From: a virus
Taxonomy: Duplodnaviria; Caudoviricetes
Direction: 5' to 3' (one strand)
Length of the DNA: 62,394 nucleotides
IMG/VR virus record: IMGVR_UViG_3300013132_000054
Span: 1 to 62,394 of that record
The notes under the pieces were generated by a model that saw nothing but the letters and a program-made list of their open reading frames with translations, did no database searches and was not told the origin of the DNA. Positions 41,301-50,360 of the stretch are shown here, piece by piece. Numbering within the stretch: the first letter of the stretch is position 1; the number at the start of each line of letters is the position of its first letter. A program made the position numbers and the translations under genes.

Positions 41301-41879
41301 TTTAACTGTTAAATAAAAAATTGGGTATGGGAAATTAAAAAATGTAGAATAAGGTGAATTTTCACCTTTTTCAAATAAAGCTCTACCTCTAATATCAACC
41401 ATTTTAATTCTAACCGTGGGTTGATTCCAATTATTTGTAATTGATATGCTCTGAATCCCTAAAAGTCCCGTGTCTTTATTATTTAAAGTTTGTTGTTGAT
41501 AATAAAACTCAGTTGGTCTGTCCGTTGATGATATTTTTTGACCTGTTTCAGATGGTTGATTTAATCCTTCTCCTTTAATGGAATTTTCACCCGTAAATTC
41601 ATCGTAGAACTCATTTGTTAACGAACTTCCTCCTCCAGGTTTCATAAAATTAATTGAGGCGATGTTAACAATTTCACCTGTTGCTGCGCCATTAAGTCCC
41701 AACGCCAATCTTGTTCTTGGGAATAAATTACATTCTAAATTGGCAAAACAAACTAAATTTTCAGGGGGTAAAAACCTTTCACTTACATTACCTTCTTCGT
41801 CAATTGTTTTGTTTGGGTCAACGAGGATAATGTTTTCATAATCAAATTCAACTAAAATATTTTTTTCTTTACCTACCAT
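35373..41879 (-). CDS. Very large baseplate hub-like protein (gp27/gpD-like termini with large insertions)
   Basis: N-terminal LGIQSISI...V.I..VDIRG; C-terminal YECSVTCLGNAQIQPLMYFNL...FNGTYMITKVEHQITPGSFKTTF; follows the LysM gene in canonical order. Confidence 0.65.
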   Translation of the reverse strand: MVGKEKNILVEFDYENIILVDPNKTIDEEGNVSERFLPPENLVCFANLECNLFPRTRLALGLNGAATGEIVNIASINFMKPGGGSSLTNEFYDEFTGENSIKGEGLNQPSETGQKISSTDRPTEFYYQQQTLNNKDTGLLGIQSISITNNWNQPTVRIKMVDIRGRALFEKGENSPYSTFFNFPYPIFYLTVKGYLGQATRLQLTLNKFNCSFNSTTGNYDIETEFMAFKYNILTSIMMSHALATPYMYNKKYTITPTVTNNISQIGTNVQTLNEAKGLQKIKEVYSEYKSKNLIPLDFPEITMQEMIERLTQLEKYILQSFGQQDLSPLTDTDRYKKLVNEYESDVQLRVGGDSWFTKYCDINNFWILKDREIKLYQLKPDYAFGGGILEAVTDIEERLKKHKESLLKNTTFGTPGTVIINGKLLNTRINPIGIGVDDFLRVVKSENEINFQKTYEERFAKVATANDIAKLRLEYNTLIGLPVKALIETTRQNITNGGTTTQNNQLSQQTKQQSGGQKKDVTIELQKYGITPSSTPLFIIEGDNINSFESYIKKINAQIDEKKKLIDNSLNDALSEKISRADTGLGFQPSIRNVLAVIMASTEGFIRLMEDVHSAAWEQRQNKYRLAAVIGDEKTAPSPDSKDSVKGSDGNLIPVYPWPHYYVETNSDKGEKFELRYPGDASVKSKTKAYIYQYWPEVEFVEEYLKGRLQIDNPPNNPQIIGNQLELINRASYNALEYELSNVILANKEEVKFFFEMYERMMLPFFYQRFNKSSFISSQSYMPVGDAEFINLQKSLGSGSPYLIQKIKQYNLNSNVYLNFLAGISNNGVGESWQNYIRGYFNTPYIKTKTDNPFVIYDYETFNTKVSVESPTTEDKISLYLQSTQNNERNLMDVFPFALNGWFSNEMAYGVGNTTDGIMNTSKTLFLYDTKNLVANFNTENYASIDKVKPVTDFSYLTEAGPIQPNYTNFKNFYDNFTDATKLFTTEGFLTYSNYKGGLTNNQTTSMLNTPYFINAISKGVEKWQLGDKHPYKAAAYLFINSLPITTLREKYRSRDNGVEIPLDYTFAGMTKFGGLHKVPYAFILKIGSVWNRYKTHIETGVDFLDEVWTDIDVNNLYDPITNNPELAYQFNYGEFGNDYREIKLQTTQEVNGVNTTIMNLGFYPKLINDMSLFTTGLNLITGYTSQEINQKIQDGVISVTYMNNENASFTLEKNYDETLPEQALTFNSWSVVYNDKDTKKSYVIPSVGSQINQTKYDCLNSTQKKSKITIPNNPAVFNGSARMFWATSQYGYFDNNLITKPTPSQWLKKIYKTKELQTSFELGYQYSSIEDLFGTFSKEELDQFEEHFLNFSKSEWEFQILKKEENVTIRQIVNKIKNTPNKEYFNFQLLFKLLFGFEGSENTNNITRFNENYDKQLNNFFTNFQGFMNYEKFIKIGNPSKFNKRAFYSFALSTEFFIQDPYTFGQYEINSLPTVNGTTTLAQSQAAFPETWKTLQTYVGFSNTPGMAYTNNGSYITDFFVDNRVQFSEENIKILAPLIKMYATQKYNDNTYDGTKFLSDFRDYLRNTQNYMNVVLNYYLLKARNELPNVKEITEETQKVSYDGDQMKFLLYDDFKALNDTWIAGNDYSETTLFEDFLFLDRASRDIGDKIIVNPFELKNMFKSLNKSASTFTFVNGVIEGHNMYTMMMPQWINFYNANEIADQITPKVESTLEFGNTLFGTFMAVDTRKSSPKFLCIYNDTKSTYLDMGNNKDYRYKSDTFELRRASDNPLIESLQGKTDYAKSNRVVGFNVDIGIRNQNIFSTFNVSTNPAKMTKEAAAALDQQLNQYAGKKTITQNTSLFNFYRSRSYECSVTCLGNAQIQPLMYFNLRHVPMFNGTYMITKVEHQITPGSFKTTFGGSRQSMFSMPPIDSYVQGAIREILEDVIETRKQEEKSASQINNQGIITTTTTAANNIDGSTKPITQEISNTASDNPNCGNLLNAKFNTYEFVQASEKDQLSPFGFQQKLSVITNENVRWLVYYTIYDSTTFGMKGFNYNAGKVRLDRDWGGSLNRFFKKEYYCQQDGRGKSIPMASFESYDNAIQMIAAYYSLSGGNLVIPTESQISSGTIPDDFINNTFAEYARLWLSMTDNQIDSFKKDNEDAWNALKNDIKLTLKEAKASRVL

Positions 41880-42192
41880 AATAATAGAAATGATTGTCCA
41901 ATAAAGATTTATAATCTTGTAAGGACGGTATTAATGGGAATGGTATCGTAAGTAATGCATTATTTGGAATATTGTTTTCAAGTCCTCCAAATTGAGGATT
42001 AGCCTGTAATATTAACCATCCAAATAATGGAGAGCCGTAATATTCTTGTGAAATTTTATCTAATCTTGAGACATTTGATACATATATGTATCTTTTATCA
42101 GTTCCTTTAGAAGTTAGATTAATGCCTGGCACAACAGTTTGTTTACCATTAATTAGAAATGTAGAATACCTGTCGTATGTGCTCTCAGCCAT
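41869..42192 (-). CDS. LysM-like baseplate protein (T4 gp53 / P2 gpX-like)
   Basis: RLDKISQEYYGSPLFGWLILQANP...LTIP. Confidence 0.8.
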   Translation of the reverse strand: MAESTYDRYSTFLINGKQTVVPGINLTSKGTDKRYIYVSNVSRLDKISQEYYGSPLFGWLILQANPQFGGLENNIPNNALLTIPFPLIPSLQDYKSLLDNHFYYYGR

Positions 42193-42194
42193 TT

Positions 42195-45100
42195 TTAGTT
42201 AAATTTATGCTTACCATTAAAGGTTTGTTTATCTTCGTTACTGTTCCCTGTTAAATATATATTCCTTAATCTATTTTGTAAATCTTCAGTTGGGCTTGCA
42301 ACCACACTATATGTGAATTTTCTTTCAATTGTTTTATCCCCTTCAATTTTTGTATACTGTTGTTCGTATTTTGATTTCCAAGCAGAAATTAAATCGTCAA
42401 CATTTTTGATATTTTTTCCGTAAACACCATAATATCTGTTTTCAAAAAGATAACTATTAAGTTTAATTTTCATTGACTCTTCGTTACTTGTACCTTTTAC
42501 CGCCTTTGTCAAAAAATCTTGTTTTTTAATTTCGTCTCTGAAAATTGGGTCCATTATGGTCATAAATTGAGCGTCTTGTTTGGTTACTGGTGGCTCAAAT
42601 CCAAGTAATCCATTAACATCAAAGTTATCAGACGGTAGTAATCCAACATCTTTTAATGAAGAGTAAAATCCATTGATAGTGTTTATTATATTTTGATAAT
42701 CCGCGGTTAATTGTTCGTATGTGTCAGTAATTTCTGGATTTGTTGGTGATGTAATTGTTATTCCTGAAATATCTAAAATTTCAACTGACTGATTTGAATT
42801 GACTTTTCCATCGTGTTTTTCAGACACAAAATCGGCTTTTTCAAAATTTACAACTAAAATTTGTTGGGTTTCACAAATATCTTGTATTAGTTTAGATAAA
42901 TCTGTAGTAAAATTATTTTTATAATCATTTAAATAATTTATAACATTTTGTGATATTTTATTTTGGTCAGATTTACTAGTTCCTTCATTTGCTTGCGCCA
43001 TTGTGTTTTGCCAAGCCAATTGTTTATTTTTTAAATTATTGATTACATTTACAAACCAAGAATCTAAAGTAATTTGTATTTGGTCAGGTTTTCCAAAAAT
43101 TTCAACTTTTGCAGAACTATTATCCAAACTAGCAGTTCCTGTAGAATATAATCTATTTTTACCAAACGCTTGGAGTATTGTCCCATTATATGGAGTTTTA
43201 AAATCAGTTAACTTGGCAATTATTGAATTGATATAATTTTGACAAGAACCTGACAGATTATTCATAAAATCTTTATAATTTATAATTCCAGTTGTTGATT
43301 CAGGTAATTCTTCCCTTGTTTCTTGTGTACCAATATATATACCACCATTATTTTGAACTGCGTTTTGGATAATGGTTGAGCCAGATTTTTCACCTCTATC
43401 ATCTAATATTTTTTTAACTAAATCTTCATCAATTTTTTTAAATGAGTCGTCTGTCCATTCCGCTCTTTCATCAAATATTTCAGTATTTGCATAGTAATTA
43501 AATGATAAAGCATTTTGTAATGTATCAATTGGTTCTTTCAAACCTGAACCCCCAACAAAATTAAATCCCAAAGTGACTTTAGCAATCATCGGTTGAAATC
43601 CAATTCCTTCAGGATTAAAATCATATACTGGGTCGTAAGTAATATTAATTGAATTTGGGATAATTCTTGTGTTATAAAAATCACCAACTCTTAGGATTAA
43701 CACAGGTGGAGCACCGAATGCTGTGTTAGTCGCCGCATTATATTTTGGTTTACCATCAGTTCCTATTGTCGGTATAGTATCTCCAGGTCTTGAACATTGG
43801 TTCAAGAATGTTAATCTTGAGTTCAAACCTTCAGGTGTCATTGAGTGGAAAGCTGGAGTGAAATACTTCAATTTTTGTTTAATTGAATCGTATATCATTG
43901 GGTTTTCACCTTGTATTGCGGTAAAATAATCACATTCAGATAATAATTCTCTTAATATTTTTTTAGACACTCCGTCTCTAATTTTTTGAGTCGTTGTAAT
44001 TGTTGGTGGTGTGAATGGGGGTATCCCTGGAAAAGGAACTTTTCCCCCTCCTTGAAATGGTACTATATCACTATTTGTTGTTTCTTCAGTTGGGGGAGTA
44101 CCTTCAGTATTATCATTACCATTAGTAGTTATAACTTCAATATCTTTAATTGCAACTCTTCTACACCACATAGCTTGGTAAGAATAAATTGTATTGTAAT
44201 TATTGCTTGAGCTTGCAGAATCTTGGTCACTACAATTAACACTTTGACTTGACCCTACGGATTCTTTAGCAACAACATTAACCGCCTCTTCACCTTGTGG
44301 TTCTTCTACTATTACAATTTTTTTATCGTCAATAAATTTTTGGAAAGCTTTACCGTAATCCGTAGTATCTTCTTTGAACCATTTTAAAACAGAGTCAATT
44401 CTTCTCTTGGATAACCATTCGTTGTATTGGATTGTTGCCGGACGTGAAGCACTTCCAACAAGAGTGATTTTTATCTGAGTAACAGTTGTTTCATTTTCAT
44501 CAAGTACTTTAACTACGTCTTTTCTAAAATCTTCTTCAAGTGTCTTGTTATGCTCAACAACATTTGTAAAAGTATTTGCAACTTGTTGTTTATTTGCCGC
44601 AGGGGCACTTTTACTATATCTTGATTTAGTAGTCTCACTTGTGTAAGTATCATAAGCGGTTTTCCAACTATAACTTGCAGTCGGAATACCTTTTTGTTGT
44701 GGTGGTGGGATATCGTTATCAAAATACCAACCTAAATTAACATACTTACCAGGTAACTCTGAACCGGGTGTTGAAGTTGTGCTATTTGCTGGTTTACCTT
44801 CTGTCCCATTAGTACCATTTGTTGACGACCCGTCACCGGAAATTTCCCCGTTTGAATCGGATTCAGTTTTAAGTCCCCCCGCTTCTGCAGAAATTTGACT
44901 TAATTGGTCAGCGTTTATTGATGGATTTGTAATTAACTGTTGGTAGGTAAATAAATCACTACTTTTTATCTGTGTAAATTTTCTAGCCAATTCATATAAG
45001 TCATACTTTAAACATCCCGCAAAAAACGAATCAACAATTGAGTTGACTTTTTGAACATTTGATTCATTCTGAAGAATTTTATCAGTAATTGTATTCAATA

Positions 45101-47243
45101 CGGACGGATGGTCAACAACTATTTTCCAAGTTAATGTCCCACTTCTTGACGTATTTCTATATGTATAAACAGGCTCAGGTCTTCCTAAAATTTCAGTTGC
45201 ATCAAATCTAGGTGAAATAACTTCACTAAATGATAAATCATATGGTGGAAACCACATAACTCTACCACCATTAGGCCCTCTTTCACAAACAGGTAAATCA
45301 TCATAAGTAAATCCAGGTCTATTTGAAGTTCTCCAAGCCAAATTTTCAATTGAAAACATATACTTTTTAACTTTGTTATCAACAATGTTAGTTGAGCCAG
45401 GATTTCTTAATGGTGCGATGTTTAAATTATATGTATTATCTATTATTGAGTAGGTAAACTTTCTGCCGGCATTTGTTATACCATCTGTTTTTTGTAAATC
45501 ATTATAAGTATAGTAAGGTGTATCTTTAGCAAATACTCTACAATATTCAACCCCCCCTCCGTGTTGGTTTGATGTTACATCATAAGTATAACTTACAACT
45601 CTTGAACCTTTTGTTAGTTCTCTATACCCATCGTGGAATACTTTAGATAATTGGTTTATAGCATTACCAACGTGTCCTAATCTTTCAGCTCCAGCTGGTG
45701 TTGAATCAAGTAACCTTTGGGTGTTGTCTAATAAACTACCATTTTTAAAGTTTATATTAGATGAATTAAAATTACCATCAAACTGACTACTAATTTGATT
45801 AAACTCGGCATCTTGATTTGCCGAAAAATCTCCACCAACTTTAGCACTAAATCCCGGATTATTAAAATCTTTTGATGTCCACACAAACCCGCCAGTTACT
45901 CCTCCAGCATCGATTGTTGGGTTACCGTTTAATCCAAATTTAAAATTTTGGTCTTCTCCTTCATACAACTTACCCATCGCATCAGGCCCAATAACAGGAG
46001 ATTTAACCTGTTGTCCAACTGAATTGGTTGGTAATTGTCCTGGTGGTGAGAAAATTGATGATGGGTCTGAATTATTTTTTCCAATATATAAGTCAGATAC
46101 CGGACCTTCTTCCCCATCAGTTAATCTTTCAACTATTTCTAAAAGACCTCTACCAATATTTCGTAATAAACCTCTATTATATCTTGGTTTATACTTGTTA
46201 TAATCAATGTTATTAAATAATGCAGACCTTTGTCCTTGTCCTGTATTACTTAAAAATACTTGTGAATAATTTGTGTTAGTGTCTAAACTTCCAAATATAG
46301 TTCTTGGGTCTCTACCTCCCGCAAATGCGGAAACAATTTGATTAGCCGCAGTAGGTCTCCACTGAGCCATATCATCATCAAAGTAATCGCCAGGAATTGG
46401 TGATGCGGGAAAATATGTTCCTGATAACTTTAATAAGAAATTGGCAGCATAATCTATTGGGTTTTCAGGGACTGTAATTGAATAATTCTTTTCAATTAAA
46501 GGAATTCTCCCACTTGCAACTTGAGCTAATGCAACAGGGTCACTTAAAGCTTCTGATAAATTTTCACGACCAAATGTCGCCCTTTCAATTTCCCTATCAA
46601 CTCTATACTGTAAAGCATCTTTTAAAAAAGTCCCTCCAAGTTGTGCCAATTGACTATCTTGAGATAATGAGCCATTATCACCTTGTGGACTACTATCAAA
46701 AAGAATTGTGTATGGCGAATATGACGAAGGTAAAAAATTAACAGGTGTCGGATTTGCATAAAATGAGTAAGTTGGAATGAATTGTAAATTATTAATTTGT
46801 TCCAAAAATACTTCATCAAAAGAGTACTTGTTTAATGCCGGTATGTTTTGTTCGGCAGTTACTTGAGCATAATTTGGCCATCCTTGTCCTACCAAACTTT
46901 GTTGTGGTAGAGACGCATCCATTACATTATATTCACCAGCGTTTGAATTTTGAACTAATGGTAGTGATAATGTAATCGTAGTTCCATATCCACCGTCAGG
47001 TCCATATTCATTTAAAACATAAAGTCCGTGATATTGTGGTGGAACTAAATTTGTTGGTGGATTCGATATTAGTCCGTCAGGAGAATCAATTACTGAAAAA
47101 TTACTCTGAACATATTCAAAATTTTGTTGAGCAACTGGTGGTGTATATGACCCAGCAATTGTATATGGTTGTAAGTTTCTAACAACTAAACCATTCCTGA
47201 AAGTTTCAGTATTAAAAAACGATAATGGACTATCAATCGGCAT
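42195..47243 (-). CDS. Tail tube initiator-like protein with inserted OmpA-C-like domain
   Basis: FPPYDLSFSE...LGRPEPVYTYRNTSRSGTL and PPVLILRVGDFY...INITY...PMIAKVTLGF flank YFDND...LVGSAS...YNEWLSKRRIDSV...GEE...RRVAI. Confidence 0.62.
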   Translation of the reverse strand: MPIDSPLSFFNTETFRNGLVVRNLQPYTIAGSYTPPVAQQNFEYVQSNFSVIDSPDGLISNPPTNLVPPQYHGLYVLNEYGPDGGYGTTITLSLPLVQNSNAGEYNVMDASLPQQSLVGQGWPNYAQVTAEQNIPALNKYSFDEVFLEQINNLQFIPTYSFYANPTPVNFLPSSYSPYTILFDSSPQGDNGSLSQDSQLAQLGGTFLKDALQYRVDREIERATFGRENLSEALSDPVALAQVASGRIPLIEKNYSITVPENPIDYAANFLLKLSGTYFPASPIPGDYFDDDMAQWRPTAANQIVSAFAGGRDPRTIFGSLDTNTNYSQVFLSNTGQGQRSALFNNIDYNKYKPRYNRGLLRNIGRGLLEIVERLTDGEEGPVSDLYIGKNNSDPSSIFSPPGQLPTNSVGQQVKSPVIGPDAMGKLYEGEDQNFKFGLNGNPTIDAGGVTGGFVWTSKDFNNPGFSAKVGGDFSANQDAEFNQISSQFDGNFNSSNINFKNGSLLDNTQRLLDSTPAGAERLGHVGNAINQLSKVFHDGYRELTKGSRVVSYTYDVTSNQHGGGVEYCRVFAKDTPYYTYNDLQKTDGITNAGRKFTYSIIDNTYNLNIAPLRNPGSTNIVDNKVKKYMFSIENLAWRTSNRPGFTYDDLPVCERGPNGGRVMWFPPYDLSFSEVISPRFDATEILGRPEPVYTYRNTSRSGTLTWKIVVDHPSVLNTITDKILQNESNVQKVNSIVDSFFAGCLKYDLYELARKFTQIKSSDLFTYQQLITNPSINADQLSQISAEAGGLKTESDSNGEISGDGSSTNGTNGTEGKPANSTTSTPGSELPGKYVNLGWYFDNDIPPPQQKGIPTASYSWKTAYDTYTSETTKSRYSKSAPAANKQQVANTFTNVVEHNKTLEEDFRKDVVKVLDENETTVTQIKITLVGSASRPATIQYNEWLSKRRIDSVLKWFKEDTTDYGKAFQKFIDDKKIVIVEEPQGEEAVNVVAKESVGSSQSVNCSDQDSASSSNNYNTIYSYQAMWCRRVAIKDIEVITTNGNDNTEGTPPTEETTNSDIVPFQGGGKVPFPGIPPFTPPTITTTQKIRDGVSKKILRELLSECDYFTAIQGENPMIYDSIKQKLKYFTPAFHSMTPEGLNSRLTFLNQCSRPGDTIPTIGTDGKPKYNAATNTAFGAPPVLILRVGDFYNTRIIPNSINITYDPVYDFNPEGIGFQPMIAKVTLGFNFVGGSGLKEPIDTLQNALSFNYYANTEIFDERAEWTDDSFKKIDEDLVKKILDDRGEKSGSTIIQNAVQNNGGIYIGTQETREELPESTTGIINYKDFMNNLSGSCQNYINSIIAKLTDFKTPYNGTILQAFGKNRLYSTGTASLDNSSAKVEIFGKPDQIQITLDSWFVNVINNLKNKQLAWQNTMAQANEGTSKSDQNKISQNVINYLNDYKNNFTTDLSKLIQDICETQQILVVNFEKADFVSEKHDGKVNSNQSVEILDISGITITSPTNPEITDTYEQLTADYQNIINTINGFYSSLKDVGLLPSDNFDVNGLLGFEPPVTKQDAQFMTIMDPIFRDEIKKQDFLTKAVKGTSNEESMKIKLNSYLFENRYYGVYGKNIKNVDDLISAWKSKYEQQYTKIEGDKTIERKFTYSVVASPTEDLQNRLRNIYLTGNSNEDKQTFNGKHKFN

Positions 47244-47279
47244 ACATTAATAAATACTTAATCTATAATTTTATATAAA

Positions 47280-49235
47280 TTAACCTTCAGATTTAGTTAA
47301 AAACTTTTCTAAAGTCGGTACAAAATCCGCCAAAAATCCTTGTGATAACATATAATCCTTAAACCATCCTTCAACACCACTAAATTTATGTTCTATTTCT
47401 ACTTTACCTTCAGCCATTACTTTTCCATTACTTGAGCTATTAAAATTTTCAGAATTTGTGGGGATATCAGGAGCTGCCAATAATTTATCATCTTTATCTG
47501 TAAAGTAACTTCCTTTTGGTCCTGAAATTAATAAACCACCTTGTGAATCTAATAATCCATCTCGTAAAGGAATTGCATTTAAAATATCCTCTCCAAATGA
47601 TATCATTGATAATATATTTTCTTTTGATAGTTGTAGATTTGGATTAATTTCAGGGTTTTCTTGTAGAATTTGTTTTTGTTCCCTATTGTATATATCTCCA
47701 AAATTTGACATAGATTTTGATTTATTTTCTAAACCAATTTTAACTAATTCTCCAAATTCTGCTGACGCTTCATTTAATGTTTTTTCCTTTTTTTTAACTG
47801 ATGTTATTAAATCATCTAAGGCAGTTCCCAACATATCAAAATCTTTTTTGAGTCCCTTTGTCCCTTCTTTGCCAAATATTGACTCATCAAGAGCCAAAGT
47901 CCCAGGTAAAACTGTTCCTTCCATAAATTTAACTTTGTCTTGTCCAATTTTAGAAGTGGCTGCCGCTAATGAGGGTCTACCAGCCATAGCATTTAAAATA
48001 TTTGCAATATTTGTCAAACTTCTATTCGCCTGCCATAAAAGTTGTTCTGAACTTTGTTGAGCACCCTTTTGAGCCTTTTCCACCATCTCCATGTCTGCGG
48101 GTTGTAATGAATCTACTGCCTTTGTGACGTTCTCTCCCAATTTTTCATCATAAACTTCAATTTCATATTTTCCAGTTTTTTGATTAAATTGAGCCATATT
48201 TGCAATTAATTTTCTTGTATCTTCACTTGCAAATTCTGAAGCGTCAGGAAATTTTATTTGACTCATTTTTCGGTCTAAATCTAATGCATTCATACCCATT
48301 TTAGCAAATTCTTCAGCTCCAATTCCAAGAGTTTTGGCAACTTCTCTAATCTGTCTTTGAGCCCCAGGCATCACCACAAAACGTTGTTGTTTTTCATCAA
48401 ATTCAACAAATTGTTTAGATAACTCAATAAGATTTTTCTGCAAAGCTTCAGGGTCATTTTCACCCATATTCATTAAAGATATTGGGTCTAAAAGTCCTGT
48501 TATTTGAACACCCATTCTTTGTAATCCCGCGGCCATCTCAACTGCTTGGGTTGGGTCAAATAATTTTTCAGCAAGGTCTAAAGTAGTTTTAATATTTGCT
48601 TTAACCATTATTGCCTCAGTCGCCATTTTTGACATACCCTGAACACCATTTTCAAAATTATACATATTCAATTTTGCAGTGTTTGAGCTAATTTCTTTCA
48701 TTACCTCACCAGCAACCAATCCAACACCTAATGAAGAATCAATAACTTTTTTAATCCCATCAACAGTTCCTTGTGCAGTAAACCCTAAATTTCTAAACGA
48801 TTCATAATTTTTAGCCGCGGATGCCGCAGCATTTTCACCCATACCTTTAGTTAATTCCGCCATCACCAACAATTCTTTGGTTTGGTCAGCCTTTAACAAA
48901 AAATTAGATTTTTCAAATCCTGTTATTTTTTCAGTAAGATTTGCAACATCAGTAAGAGTAAATCCAAATTTTTCAGATTGGAATTTTGCCTCAATAATAT
49001 TTTGTTTAGTTCTTTCACCGTAAATGTCTAATCCCCCCATCGTTCTGTTGAAATTAGAAGCAATTCCTTCTAGTTGACTTACATTATTAGCAAAACTACT
49101 AATCATTTTCCCGTTAAAAACGTTAAATTGTTCTCCTACGTTTTTTATCGCATTTTCAACATCTTGTAATGGGTTTTTTAAACTATATTGTTTTTCTGAT
49201 TGTTCTTTTTTTTCTCCCTCTTGTAAAGTTAGCAT
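47280..49235 (-). CDS. Tape measure protein
   Basis: Helical A/K/E/M-rich 651 aa, located between tail chaperone and tube initiator. Confidence 0.7.
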   Translation of the reverse strand: MLTLQEGEKKEQSEKQYSLKNPLQDVENAIKNVGEQFNVFNGKMISSFANNVSQLEGIASNFNRTMGGLDIYGERTKQNIIEAKFQSEKFGFTLTDVANLTEKITGFEKSNFLLKADQTKELLVMAELTKGMGENAAASAAKNYESFRNLGFTAQGTVDGIKKVIDSSLGVGLVAGEVMKEISSNTAKLNMYNFENGVQGMSKMATEAIMVKANIKTTLDLAEKLFDPTQAVEMAAGLQRMGVQITGLLDPISLMNMGENDPEALQKNLIELSKQFVEFDEKQQRFVVMPGAQRQIREVAKTLGIGAEEFAKMGMNALDLDRKMSQIKFPDASEFASEDTRKLIANMAQFNQKTGKYEIEVYDEKLGENVTKAVDSLQPADMEMVEKAQKGAQQSSEQLLWQANRSLTNIANILNAMAGRPSLAAATSKIGQDKVKFMEGTVLPGTLALDESIFGKEGTKGLKKDFDMLGTALDDLITSVKKKEKTLNEASAEFGELVKIGLENKSKSMSNFGDIYNREQKQILQENPEINPNLQLSKENILSMISFGEDILNAIPLRDGLLDSQGGLLISGPKGSYFTDKDDKLLAAPDIPTNSENFNSSSNGKVMAEGKVEIEHKFSGVEGWFKDYMLSQGFLADFVPTLEKFLTKSEG

Positions 49236-49272
49236 ATCAAATGGTTTAACATAAATATTTTAGTTAAAGTTT

Positions 49273-49458
49273 TTATTTAGGTGTATTTTCTTCTATTATT
49301 CTGTCCAATAATGTTTTTCTTAAACTAATTGGCATCATTAAAAAATCTTGATACGATACACTTAAAAATTTTGCTAAAAAATAAAATTCAAGGTCTCTAC
49401 CTTGTCTATATTCAGAAGAAAGGTCGAAAAAACTCAACCCCAAAGAGAATATCTGCAA
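49273..49458 (-). CDS. Tail assembly chaperone C-terminal extension (gpT-like), likely reached by +1 frameshift
   Basis: Overlaps the end of 49412..50161 in the +1 frame with only a TTG start; SYQDFLMMPISLRK resembles gpT/gp51-like segments. Confidence 0.6.
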   Translation of the reverse strand: MQIFSLGLSFFDLSSEYRQGRDLEFYFLAKFLSVSYQDFLMMPISLRKTLLDRIIEENTPK

Positions 49459-50161
49459 CGACCTCTTTTCCTGACGGGGCTATAATTGTCTGGGTTAAAT
49501 TTAATCTAGGCTCATTTTCAAAAACAAATGTTCTTATGTGTTTTGAGTCCATAATTGGCATATTATCAATGAATTTTGATATTTGTTCTCTATCTCTAAC
49601 TCCATCAATTTCAACTATCATTTTTGATAACCTTATTGTTTGTCTTGGAGCAACTCTACCCATAGGATAAGCATCCACTAATCTATCAATTTCATTATTA
49701 TCACCTAATGTCAATATTTTTAATTTTACGTGAGCACCACTTTTAGGTAATGTTGTTTCAAGTAAACCTTCTTCATTTGGTTCAACTAAAGTGTCTTTAT
49801 TGTAAAGTTCTGTTAATAGTATTGATGTTGTGAACTCTTTACCTGTTTCAGGGTCAGTAGCTTTAACATTATATTCAGGACCAAATGACGTGTTTCTTAA
49901 AAAAATCATAATAGCCTCAACATCACCATTTAATAAATCTTCAGGTCTAATGTCCGGCTCGTAAATTTTACTCCGTAACAAATTAACCATTAGATTGTCT
50001 CTATTGTTTTGAGCCATTAAAATGTTTTCATCGGAAGCGGTTAGATAACCAACCTTTAAACTTTTCTTTTTATTTGTATAAAATTTACCCTTTGACGGTA
50101 GTAACACTACATCGTGTGGTAAATTAAAATTCATTTGCCCATATTGCATATTTTGGTCCAT
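49412..50161 (-). CDS. Tail/baseplate assembly chaperone (T4 gp26-like / gpG-like)
   Basis: LPSKGKFY...LTASDENIL...GDVEAIMIFLR...FG..Y; ends GVEFFRPFF; lies between tube and tape measure. Confidence 0.75.
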   Translation of the reverse strand: MDQNMQYGQMNFNLPHDVVLLPSKGKFYTNKKKSLKVGYLTASDENILMAQNNRDNLMVNLLRSKIYEPDIRPEDLLNGDVEAIMIFLRNTSFGPEYNVKATDPETGKEFTTSILLTELYNKDTLVEPNEEGLLETTLPKSGAHVKLKILTLGDNNEIDRLVDAYPMGRVAPRQTIRLSKMIVEIDGVRDREQISKFIDNMPIMDSKHIRTFVFENEPRLNLTQTIIAPSGKEVVADILFGVEFFRPFF

Positions 50162-50201
50162 AGTAATGTTTTTTAGAAAAATAAATAGTTAAGGTAATAA
50201 A

Positions 50202-50336
50202 TCAATCCTTATTTTCCGTTTTATTGTGTCTATTATCAAATTCTTCTTGTGTTTCAAATACTTTACCACAAGTCGGACATACAAATTCGGTATTACCTGA
50301 AAAAAAAAGTTCCATACACATAAGTATATGGAACAT
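50202..50336 (-). CDS. Small CxxC / C2H2-like zinc-finger peptide (44 aa; 37 aa from ATG 50315), not in ORF track
   Basis: My translation: MFHILMCMELFFSGNTEFVCPTCGKVFETQEEFDNRHNKTENKD; TATTTAT at 50347-50353 just upstream. Confidence 0.45.
   Translation of the reverse strand: MFHILMCMELFFSGNTEFVCPTCGKVFETQEEFDNRHNKTENKD
50300..50334 (-). terminator. Intrinsic terminator after the tail tube gene
   Basis: Minus strand gttccatatac-ttat-gtgtatggaac followed by T9. Confidence 0.75.
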
Positions 50337-50360
50337 AATTTTATTAATAAATAGTAAATT

